From the IMG/VR virus record IMGVR_UViG_3300029893_000067, positions 1 through 25,338 of that record: a DNA stretch of 25,338 nt. One strand, 5' to 3'. The translations under genes and the position numbers were made by a program. Below, one piece after another: positions 8,582 to 16,945 of this stretch. Source of the DNA: a virus. The notes under the pieces were generated by a model, which was not told where the DNA came from, made no database searches, and saw only the letters and a program-made list of their open reading frames with translations. Position 1 is the first letter of the stretch. Every line of letters begins with the position of its first letter.

Positions 8582-10298
8582 AAAAGATTCTACTAAAATT
8601 AAAAATGAATCATTATCCGAAAAATTTAATTTTAGATCTAATCCTAATTTAAAAAAACCAAATGTTCAAATTGATTTTACCGAATATGAATTAGAAGAAT
8701 ATATAAAATGTAAGAATGATTATATTTATTTTATTCTTAACTATGTAAAAATTATTAATATTGATAATGGATTGATGTTTTTCGATTTAAGAGATTATCA
8801 AGTGGAAATGCTCCATCATTTCCATAACAATCCAAAATCCATTACGATGATCGGTCGGCAGAGTGGTAAATCTGCGACGACTGTCGCCTATTTATTATGG
8901 TTAATATTATTTAATGATTCTCATAAAGTAGCCATTCTTGCTAATAAAGGAGATATGGCAAGAGAATTATTATCAAGGCTTCAATTAATGTATGAACATC
9001 TTCCTTTGTATATGCAACAAGGAGTAGTAGAATGGAATAAAGGAAAAATTATATTAGAAAATTTGAGCACTGTGATTGCATCCGGAACTTCTGGATCTGC
9101 AATTCGTGGATCATCTGTAAATACCATAATGCTCGATGAATTTGCCTTTATAAACAATAATTTAGCAGAAGAATTTTTTAGTTCTGTATTTCCTACTATT
9201 TCTTCTGGTAAAAATACAAAAGTATTAATAAGTAGCACTCCTCAGGGGCTTAACCATTTTTATAAAATGTGGACCGAGGCCGAGACCGGAAAAAGCGAAT
9301 TTAAATCTTTGTATATTCCTTGGAACAGAGTTCCAGGAAGAGACGAGAAATTTAAGCAAAATGTTATTAATACATTTGGTGAAACTTATTGGAATCAAGA
9401 ATTTGGGTGTCAATTTTTAGGATCTTCTAATACTTTAATTGAATCTAATAAACTTATATCTTTAGTTTATAAAGATCCTTTACAAGTAATTGATAATGAT
9501 GTTCGTATATACGAACATCCCATTAAAGAAATGTTTGATGAACAAGAAAATATAGTTCAAAACGAACATATTTATTGCATGACAGTAGACGTTTCAGAAG
9601 GAGTTAATAAAGATTATCATGCTTTTTCTGTAATAGATGTATCATCGCTTCCCTATAAACAAGTTGCAACATTTAGAAATAATTCATTATCTCCTTTATT
9701 ATACCCGGCCAAGATAAAATTTTGGGCAGAATATTATAATAATGCTTATGTATTAGTTGAAACTAATTGTAATCCTCATGTGGCAATAAATTTAATAGAT
9801 GAACTAGAATATGAAAATGTTTTTAGAACTTCTGTTACACATAAACATGCAGCGCAAGCAGTTTTATATTATGGAGGATCTGGAACTAGTTATGGAATTA
9901 AAACTTCTCATTCTACAAAAAGAATAGGATGTTCTAATTTAAAAACTTTAATTGAAAACGATAAATTAATAATAAACGATTTCGAAACTATCTCTGAACT
10001 CACTACCTTTGTAGCAAATAAAAATACTTTTTCTGCAGAAGAAGGTAAAAATGATGATTTAGCTATAACGTTAGTAATTTTTGCTTGGTTATCAGAACAA
10101 AAAGCTTTTACTGATTTAGTAGATATAAATCTTAGAAAAAAACTTCAAGAAGAAATATTAAAATTCAAAGAATCTGAATTTGTTCCTATAGGAATTGTTG
10201 ATATGACAAGAAATTTTAATTATGAAATCATTGATAACGATGTTTGGTTTGATTCAAAAGATGATTTCAACGAAGCTTGGCATTCGCTTTGGGAATAA
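8571..10298 (+). CDS. gp17: Terminase large subunit gp17
   Basis: Walker A RQSGKS, Walker B IMLDEFAF, coupling motif STPQG, nuclease DVSEG and DDLAITL. No intein visible. Confidence 0.96.
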   Translation: MRNKKDSTKIKNESLSEKFNFRSNPNLKKPNVQIDFTEYELEEYIKCKNDYIYFILNYVKIINIDNGLMFFDLRDYQVEMLHHFHNNPKSITMIGRQSGKSATTVAYLLWLILFNDSHKVAILANKGDMARELLSRLQLMYEHLPLYMQQGVVEWNKGKIILENLSTVIASGTSGSAIRGSSVNTIMLDEFAFINNNLAEEFFSSVFPTISSGKNTKVLISSTPQGLNHFYKMWTEAETGKSEFKSLYIPWNRVPGRDEKFKQNVINTFGETYWNQEFGCQFLGSSNTLIESNKLISLVYKDPLQVIDNDVRIYEHPIKEMFDEQENIVQNEHIYCMTVDVSEGVNKDYHAFSVIDVSSLPYKQVATFRNNSLSPLLYPAKIKFWAEYYNNAYVLVETNCNPHVAINLIDELEYENVFRTSVTHKHAAQAVLYYGGSGTSYGIKTSHSTKRIGCSNLKTLIENDKLIINDFETISELTTFVANKNTFSAEEGKNDDLAITLVIFAWLSEQKAFTDLVDINLRKKLQEEILKFKESEFVPIGIVDMTRNFNYEIIDNDVWFDSKDDFNEAWHSLWE

Positions 10299-10299
10299 C

Positions 10300-10354
10300 T
10301 CAACAACTCTATAGTAAAATGATATAATGAAAGTTTTGAATAAAGGAAATTTAC
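10300..10354 (+). promoter_or_regulatory. sigma70-type extended -10 promoter and RBS of the endonuclease at 10355
   Basis: TCAACA (10300-10305), 17 nt, TGaTATAAT (TATAAT 10323-10328), AAAGGA RBS. A close copy lies upstream of the paralogue at 16831. Confidence 0.6.
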
Positions 10355-11983
10355 TTGAAAAAAATGAAATTTTGGTTAGAAGAAATTTTTTTAAATGGAT
10401 ATAATAAAAATAGATTAAAAGATAAAACTTTTATTAAATTGTATGGAAAAGAAATCTATTATAAAATAATAGATTTAACAAATTTTTTATCACAAGATTG
10501 TAAATTATCTGAAAGGATTTATTGTATATTAAATAATATTCAAGAAATTCCTAAATGTGATTATTGTAAAAATTCCTTTGTAAAATTTAATTCCTTTATT
10601 AATGGTTATAAAAAATATTGTTCTTGTAGCTGTTCTGCTAAAGGTTCTTTTTCTCAACGGGAAGAAACCAATCTAAAAATATATAACACAAAACATCCTT
10701 CCCAAAATTTTTCTATTAAAGAAAAAACTAAACAAACTAATTTAAAAAGATACGGTCACGAAAACTTCTTTTCTACCAAACATTTCAAAAATAAATCCAA
10801 AGAAACTTCCTATGAAAAATACGGGGTTGATAATCCCGCAAAATCTTTAATAATTAAAGAAAAAACTAAAATTACAAATAATAATATTTTTGGAACAGAC
10901 TATCCAATCTTAAATTCTATAATAAAAAATAAAGCAATAAAAACTTTAATTTCTAATTATAATGTAATACATCCTCTAAAATCTTTTACTATAAAAGAAC
11001 AAGTCAAGAAAACAAATAAACAAAAACATGGAACCGAATATATTTCTCAAAAACATTATACGTTAGAACAATTAGAGATAGTTAATAATCTTGATAAATT
11101 AAAAAAGATATATCAAGAACATATCAATGAAAAGATTCCAGTTAATATATTATCATTAAAATACGGATTTTCTAGTTCACTATTAGGAAAATTATTCATC
11201 AAAAATAATTTTAAAATAAAAAGATTTTCTAAATCTTATCAAGAAAAATTAATAAAGTTATTTCTTGATGAATTAAACATTGATTATATTCAAAACGACA
11301 GAAAAATTCTTAATGGAAAAGAACTTGATTTCTATATTCCAGATTATAAATTAGGAATTGAAATTAATGGATTTTATTGGCATGATGAACATTCTAAACT
11401 TGGAAAATATAATTTACTTGATAAATATAATTTATGTAAAGAAAAAAATATTAAATTACTTAATTTCTGGGAAATAGAAATAGAAAACAAATTTGAAATT
11501 ATTAAATCTATTATTAAAGATAATTTGGAATTAAATCAAGAAATAAAAGTAAATGATTGTATAAAAGAAATTTCTCAAGAAGAATCATACAAATTTTATG
11601 AAAATAATCATATTTTAGGAGGGATTTCTTGTGATTATAATTATGGATTATATTATGAAGAAGAATTATTATATTGTATAGGAATTAATAAAGTTGAGGA
11701 AGGATATGAGATAATTAGGGATTGTACTAAAATTGGTTATAAAGTATTAGGAAGATTAGATAAGTTATTAAATTATAATAAAGATTTTGTTATAAAATTA
11801 GATAAAAGATTATTCAATATAATAGAATATGAAGAAAAAGGATTTAAAATAATAAAAGAAACTCCTCCTAATCTTTTATTTTATAAAGGTAAAAATTTAT
11901 ATTCTTATTCAGTTAATAATAGTAAAAAAATTTACGATTGCGGAAATATAATTTTAAATTATAATAAGAAATTTATTAATTAA
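10355..11983 (+). CDS. Hef-like putative homing endonuclease A (Zn ribbon, six 23-aa repeats, HTH, PD-(D/E)xK nuclease, short GNAT-like tail)
   Basis: ERIYCILN..PKCDYC..YCSCSC, KxTNxxxYGxxxP repeats, ELDFYIPDYKLGIEINGFYWH, FYENNHILGG, KIYDCGN. Confidence 0.78.
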   Translation: MKKMKFWLEEIFLNGYNKNRLKDKTFIKLYGKEIYYKIIDLTNFLSQDCKLSERIYCILNNIQEIPKCDYCKNSFVKFNSFINGYKKYCSCSCSAKGSFSQREETNLKIYNTKHPSQNFSIKEKTKQTNLKRYGHENFFSTKHFKNKSKETSYEKYGVDNPAKSLIIKEKTKITNNNIFGTDYPILNSIIKNKAIKTLISNYNVIHPLKSFTIKEQVKKTNKQKHGTEYISQKHYTLEQLEIVNNLDKLKKIYQEHINEKIPVNILSLKYGFSSSLLGKLFIKNNFKIKRFSKSYQEKLIKLFLDELNIDYIQNDRKILNGKELDFYIPDYKLGIEINGFYWHDEHSKLGKYNLLDKYNLCKEKNIKLLNFWEIEIENKFEIIKSIIKDNLELNQEIKVNDCIKEISQEESYKFYENNHILGGISCDYNYGLYYEEELLYCIGINKVEEGYEIIRDCTKIGYKVLGRLDKLLNYNKDFVIKLDKRLFNIIEYEEKGFKIIKETPPNLLFYKGKNLYSYSVNNSKKIYDCGNIILNYNKKFIN

Positions 11984-12133
11984 ATCTTTATCTCATTCCA
12001 ACAAATATATTAAATAGTATATCAACATTTATTCCTCTGCTTTGTTAAGATCAAATTTTAAAACTATTAATTTATTGGGTTACATAAAATCTCTTCATAT
12101 AGTTCCTAATTCTTTCTTTATCAATTCTAAAAA

Positions 12134-12363
12134 AATAATTCTTCGGTTCCAGAAATTCAAGAAAAAATGAAAATCAATAGAATTGCTAAAATGAGAAAAA
12201 ATATGGAATATTCCATAATTCACAACTTCCTAAAGTACGAAAACAAATAAATTTATATCAAAAAGAAATTTGGAAAAATAAACCTCCTTATTACAATTTT
12301 GAATCTAAATCTATGCCAGTATTAAAAAAACAAATTTATACTTGTCAACAATGTATAAAATAA
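12134..12363 (+). pseudogene. Frameshifted remnant of a repeat/Zn-finger endonuclease-type gene
   Basis: NNSSVPEIQEKMK...KMRK, then after a shift near 12199 KYGIFHNSQLPKVRKQI...IYTCQQCIK*, resembling the KYGxxxxxQ repeats of neighbouring nucleases. Confidence 0.5.
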
Positions 12364-12382
12364 AGTCATAAATTCCATTTTT

Positions 12383-12390
12383 TATAAATA
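12383..12390 (+). promoter_or_regulatory. T4-type late promoter for gp18
   Basis: TATAAATA, then an A-rich leader and GGAGA SD before ATG 12432. Confidence 0.8.
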
Positions 12391-12431
12391 TTTAAATAAA
12401 TAATAAATAACAATAAAAATGGAGAAAATAT

Positions 12432-14165
12432 ATGGCTTTATTTAACGCTTTATCACCTGGAGTAACTGTTCGCGAAATAGATCTTACGTTAATTATTCCT
12501 GGAGTTGCTACCTCGATAGGGGCATATGTACCAACTGCTGTATGGGGGCCTGTAGAAGATATTAGATTAATTGATACTGAAACTACTTATGTAAATACAT
12601 ATGGTAAACCGGATTCAAACTCTTATATTTCTTTTTATACTGCAACAAATTTCTTAGCATATACTAATGCTTTGTATGTTTCAAGAGCTTGTGGAGCAAA
12701 TGCTAGAAATAGTATGGCAAACACTCATGCAAATGCTACTACTATTTTAATTAAAAATGAAACTGCTTTTGAAAATACTTATCTTTATGCAACTACTGCA
12801 AATGCTTACGGATCATTTGTTGCAAGATACCCTGGAAAATTAGGAGATATTTTAAAAGTTTCTGTATGTGCTAATTATAACAATTTCTCAACTTGGGCTT
12901 ATAATAAGTATTTTGATAATCCTCCAGGAACTTCTACTTATGTTTCTGATAGAGGAGGTGCAAACGATGAATTACATTTAGTAGTAGTAGATACTACTGG
13001 TAAAATTTCTGGTACTGCAAATACTGTTATTGAAAAATTTGCCTATTTATCAAAAGCTTCTGATGCGGTAGGGATTGATGGAACTTCTTCTTATTATAAG
13101 CAAAAAATTTTCCATGATTCTCAATATATTTATGCAATGGACCCTGTAGATTATGCAAACACTTCAAGTACTTGGGGAACAGAATCGTTTAATAAAACTT
13201 TCGCAAATCCATCTTCAATTTTTGAATATACTTTAGCCGGAGGTAAAGACGAAGTTCCTACTAATTCTAATTTATTTACTAACTGGGATTTATTTAAAGA
13301 TAAAGATACCTATGATATTTCATTAGTATTAACAGGAAATTCTGATGCTAATACTCAACAATATTTAATTGATAATTTAGTAGATTCTAATATTAATGGT
13401 ATTCAAGGAAGAAAAGATTCTGTAGTATTTTTATCTCCAAGACAAGGAGATGTTGTAGCACAAAGTGGACAAGAAGCTACTAATATTGTTAACAATTATT
13501 TAGCGGCATTAAATAGAAGTTCTTCTTATGCTGTTGTAGATTCTGGATGGAAATATCAATTTGATAAGTATAATAATCTATATCGTTGGATTCCTTTAAA
13601 TGCAGATTTAGCAGGGCTTTGTGCAAGAACAGATTTAACAAATGCTCCTTGGTATTCCCCAGCAGGATTTAATAGAGGACAAATTAAAAATATTGTTAAA
13701 TTAGCTTGGAGTCCTACTCAAACTTATAGAGATTTATTATATGTTAATGGAGTAAATCCAGTAGTATCTTTTAAAGGAGAAGGGCCGGTATTATTTGGAG
13801 ATAAAACTTTACAAGCAAAACCTTCGGCTTTTGATAGAATTAACGTAAGAAGATTATTTATCGTTTTAGAAAAAGCAATTTCTAAAGCCGCAAAATATTC
13901 ATTATTCGAATTCAATGACCAATTTACCAGAAGCCAATTCGTATCATTAGTAGAACCATTTTTAAGAGAAGTAAAAGCTGGTAGAGGTATATACGATTTT
14001 AAAGTTGTTTGTGACGAAAGTAATAATACCGGGGTTGTAATTGATTCTAATCAATTTGTAGGTGATATATACATAAAGCCTGCGAAAAGCATCAATTATA
14101 TATTATTAAATTTTGTGGCTGTGAAAAGCTCGGTCGATTTCAATACTGTTATTGGACAATTTTAA
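12432..14165 (+). CDS. gp18: Tail sheath protein gp18
   Basis: LSPGV.VREIDLT, WGP, PWYSPAGFNRG, GDKT....SAFDRINVRRLF, IYIKPAKSINYI.LNFVA motifs. Confidence 0.96.
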   Translation: MALFNALSPGVTVREIDLTLIIPGVATSIGAYVPTAVWGPVEDIRLIDTETTYVNTYGKPDSNSYISFYTATNFLAYTNALYVSRACGANARNSMANTHANATTILIKNETAFENTYLYATTANAYGSFVARYPGKLGDILKVSVCANYNNFSTWAYNKYFDNPPGTSTYVSDRGGANDELHLVVVDTTGKISGTANTVIEKFAYLSKASDAVGIDGTSSYYKQKIFHDSQYIYAMDPVDYANTSSTWGTESFNKTFANPSSIFEYTLAGGKDEVPTNSNLFTNWDLFKDKDTYDISLVLTGNSDANTQQYLIDNLVDSNINGIQGRKDSVVFLSPRQGDVVAQSGQEATNIVNNYLAALNRSSSYAVVDSGWKYQFDKYNNLYRWIPLNADLAGLCARTDLTNAPWYSPAGFNRGQIKNIVKLAWSPTQTYRDLLYVNGVNPVVSFKGEGPVLFGDKTLQAKPSAFDRINVRRLFIVLEKAISKAAKYSLFEFNDQFTRSQFVSLVEPFLREVKAGRGIYDFKVVCDESNNTGVVIDSNQFVGDIYIKPAKSINYILLNFVAVKSSVDFNTVIGQF

Positions 14166-14188
14166 TAATATTATCTTTAATAATTATT

Positions 14189-14214
14189 AAGGGGCTTTAT
14201 GCCCCTTTTCTTTT
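14189..14214 (+). terminator. Rho-independent terminator after gp18, at the convergent junction
   Basis: AAGGGGC-TTTAT-GCCCCTT followed by TTCTTTT. Confidence 0.85.
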
Positions 14215-14942
14215 ACCATTTTTTTCTATTTTCTTTCCAGGATATTATTTGTAAATTATTAATATCTGCTATTTCTTCTGGAGGAATATTATTTAAAAAT
14301 CCTGTTTTAATAGATATTATATGATCTAATTGATAACCTCCTTCAACTCCATTTAATGTTCTATTAAAGTTGTTTGGATTAATAATATTTTTATATTCTT
14401 TATAATTTTCTTCTGTTAATTTTCTAACTTCGTACATATATTTTTTTGTATTCTGTTTTATTAGGATTATAATTATGATGTTCTTTGCCGTATTTATGAG
14501 ATAAGTGCAAAGTGTATTTTTCTAATAAATCTGGTCTGCTTTTTAAATATTCAGATCGTTTCTTTCCAACTTCAAATTTTAATTGTTTTCCATAATCAGT
14601 TTTATAAAAATTAGTCATTATTTCACTTTTCTTTTGCCTATGTTCTTTTGATTGACAAGTAATTTTCATTTTTTCTTGTGCAAAATTTAGTAAGCGTTTT
14701 CCGCAATATAATTGCCTATCTATAAAATTATGTAATCTATAAATATGTTGTTTGTATTCTTTATTACAATTATCACCTTTACAGTCTAATTTGAATTTAG
14801 AACCTTTAAATAATTCAAATAACATTAATTGATTAATTTGAAATTCAGAATTTATGATTATATTTTCATCTTTATAATATTCAGAAATTTTAGTTATATT
14901 TCTTGCTGTTATATTAATCATAATATTTTTATTTAATATCAT
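14213..14942 (-). pseudogene. HNH endonuclease gene split by a one-base frameshift (ORFs 14424-14942 and 14213-14437)
   Basis: Removing one A from the A7 run (T7 at 14441-14447) joins ...NYNPNKTEYKK to YMYEVRKLT...YQLDHIISI...NLQIISWKENRKK, an HNH core. Confidence 0.72.
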
Positions 14943-14944
14943 TA

Positions 14945-15181
14945 TTATTCCATTATTATTAATGATGAAGAATTTTTTAATAATATATTAACAAAATCTT
15001 CATCATAATAATATTTTCCTTCTAATTTAATTTTATATTTTCCGTTTTTTAATAGTACTCCGGCTGGCATTCCTATTTTTATATTAGATTCTCTTCTTAA
15101 TCTATTTTTCCATCTCAACTTTTGCGGAATTGTTTCATCTAATTCAAATAAATATTTTAATAATTCTTTAGTAATTTCCAT
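14945..15181 (-). CDS. Small protein resembling the N-terminal part of phage HNH(-AP2) endonucleases, without the catalytic core
   Basis: ITKELLKYLFELD...LRWK...KIGMPAG....GKYKIKLEGKYY, with no AHR/HNH motif after it. Confidence 0.55.
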   Translation of the reverse strand: MEITKELLKYLFELDETIPQKLRWKNRLRRESNIKIGMPAGVLLKNGKYKIKLEGKYYYDEDFVNILLKNSSSLIIME

Positions 15182-15184
15182 TAT

Positions 15185-16831
15185 CTATTCTTTATATTTT
15201 AAAATATACTCTCCACAATCAAATACTCTTCTATTTCCTTCCACTTCAACATTTTTCTCAAATAATTTATTTCCAGAATAACAATAAAAATTAGGAAGAG
15301 TTTCTTGAAATAATTGAAATGTATTATAAATATAATCTTCTATTTGACACAATCTTTTATCAAGAATTAAATAGATAGGAGAATCTTTATGAATATTTTT
15401 AATATGACTTAATAATTTTTCTAATCTTCTTGTAACGTTATATCCAATTTTAGTACAATCTCTAACTATTTCATATCCTTCTTCTACTTTATTAATTCCT
15501 ATACAAGATACCAATTTATCTTCATAATACAATCCATAATTATAATCACAATAAATACCTCCTAAAATATGGTTGTTTTCATAAAATCCATATGAGAGGT
15601 TGAAGTCTACTTCTATTATTTTACATAGTGTAGATTCTATATTTTCATTTAAATGTAATTGACCTTTAATAATAGATTTTATCATTTCAAATTTATTCTC
15701 TACCTCTATATCCCAAAAATGTAATAACTTTATCCCTTTTTCTTTGCATAAATTATGTTTATTTAATAAATTGAAAGGCCCGTATTTAGAATGTTCATCA
15801 TGCCAATAAACTCCATTAACTTCAATTCCTAGTTTATATTCTGGAATATAAAAATCTAATTCTTTTCTTTTTATTATTCTTTTAGTATTTTGAATATAAT
15901 CAATTTCTAATGTATCCAAAAAAATTTTTAATATTTTTTCTTGATAAGAAACTGAAAATCTTTTGGGAATTAATCCATGTTTATTGAAATGTTTTCCTAA
16001 TAAAGTAGGAGAAAATCCATATTTTAAAGATAATTGTTCTACTGGAATTTCATTTTCTAAATGTTCTTGATAAATTTCTTTTAATCTTTCTGGATTATTA
16101 ATAATTTCTAATTGTTCATCTGAATAATGTTTCTGTCTAAAATATCTATTATTATATTTATTATATACAGAATCTTTTGTTTTATTTTTAATAAAATCAC
16201 TTTTTGCTGGATTATCTACTCCATATATTTTATTACAAGATATTTTAATTTTTTCTTTTACCTCTTTATTTTGTAAAGAACAATCTGTTCCATATATTCT
16301 ATTATTTGTTTCTTTAGTTTTTTCTTTTACTATAGGGGCTTTTGCTGGATTATCTACTCCTAAATTTTTCATATTAGTGAGTTTTCTTTTATTTTTAACA
16401 TTTTCGTTTTGAGATGGACTAGGTGTCCCGTATATTTTTTCATTTGTTTTTCTAATTTTTATCTTTATTTCTTCTGATTGAAAAGGATTTTCTACTCCAA
16501 AAATTTTTATATTGGTTTGTTTTCTTTTAATTTTTACTTTTTGATCATTACAAGCACATTTAACAGAACAATAAGTTTTATATCCCTTTCCGAATTCTCT
16601 AAATTTAACAATTTTTCCGCACATAGGACATTTAGAGATTTCTTTTATATCATTTAATATACAATAAATTCGTTCAGATAATTTAACATTGTCCGACAAA
16701 AAATTTGTTAAATCGACAATTTTATTGTAAACATCTTTTCCATATAATTTAATAAAATAGCCCATTTTAAAATGATTATCATTAAATTTTTTAAAAAATA
16801 TTTCTTCTAACCATTGTTTCATCTCGTACAT
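15185..16831 (-). CDS. Hef-like putative homing endonuclease B, paralogue of 10355-11983
   Basis: Same architecture, with long shared stretches (KLSERIYCILN, KELDFYIP.YKLGIE.NG.YWHDEHSK, FYENNHILGGI.CDYNYGLYYE). Confidence 0.78.
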   Translation of the reverse strand: MYEMKQWLEEIFFKKFNDNHFKMGYFIKLYGKDVYNKIVDLTNFLSDNVKLSERIYCILNDIKEISKCPMCGKIVKFREFGKGYKTYCSVKCACNDQKVKIKRKQTNIKIFGVENPFQSEEIKIKIRKTNEKIYGTPSPSQNENVKNKRKLTNMKNLGVDNPAKAPIVKEKTKETNNRIYGTDCSLQNKEVKEKIKISCNKIYGVDNPAKSDFIKNKTKDSVYNKYNNRYFRQKHYSDEQLEIINNPERLKEIYQEHLENEIPVEQLSLKYGFSPTLLGKHFNKHGLIPKRFSVSYQEKILKIFLDTLEIDYIQNTKRIIKRKELDFYIPEYKLGIEVNGVYWHDEHSKYGPFNLLNKHNLCKEKGIKLLHFWDIEVENKFEMIKSIIKGQLHLNENIESTLCKIIEVDFNLSYGFYENNHILGGIYCDYNYGLYYEDKLVSCIGINKVEEGYEIVRDCTKIGYNVTRRLEKLLSHIKNIHKDSPIYLILDKRLCQIEDYIYNTFQLFQETLPNFYCYSGNKLFEKNVEVEGNRRVFDCGEYILKYKE

Positions 16832-16885
16832 GTAAATTTCCTATTCCAAAATTTTCATTATAACATAAGACTTTATGAAAGTTAA
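16832..16885 (-). promoter_or_regulatory. sigma70-type extended -10 promoter and RBS of endonuclease B
   Basis: Minus strand: TTAACT (16880-16885), 17 nt, TGtTATAAT (-10 at 16857-16862), then AGGAAATTTAC-ATG. Confidence 0.6.
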
Positions 16886-16897
16886 ACGTTTAATTTT

Positions 16898-16905
16898 TAT
16901 AAATA
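16898..16905 (+). promoter_or_regulatory. T4-type late promoter for gp19
   Basis: TATAAATA, A-rich leader, AGGAGA SD before ATG 16946. Confidence 0.8.
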
Positions 16906-16945
16906 ATATAATAAAAACAATAATTATCATTAGGAGATTATAATA

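Noticed and set aside
8841..8891. GC-rich patches as diversity-generating retroelement variable regions
   Set aside because: No reverse transcriptase or template/variable repeat pair is visible, and the patches are on conserved catalytic motifs rather than C-terminal binding domains.
8571..10298. Possible intein or intron in the terminase large subunit
   Set aside because: The 575-aa length is normal and no splicing motifs are present.
11984..12130. Possible minus-strand gene remnant or structured RNA
   Set aside because: The frames examined are broken by stops, with no recognisable motif or convincing stem.
15179..15187. TAG stop of nuclease B is in frame with the next ORF (TAG-ATA-ATG), suggesting stop-codon reassignment or read-through
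   Set aside because: All core genes are uninterrupted in the standard code, and paralogue A ends at about the same position, so there is no support for recoding.
2327..15332. Intragenic TATAAATA copies (2327, 5068, 15325)
   Set aside because: Expected by chance at this AT content, and not positioned just before a start codon.
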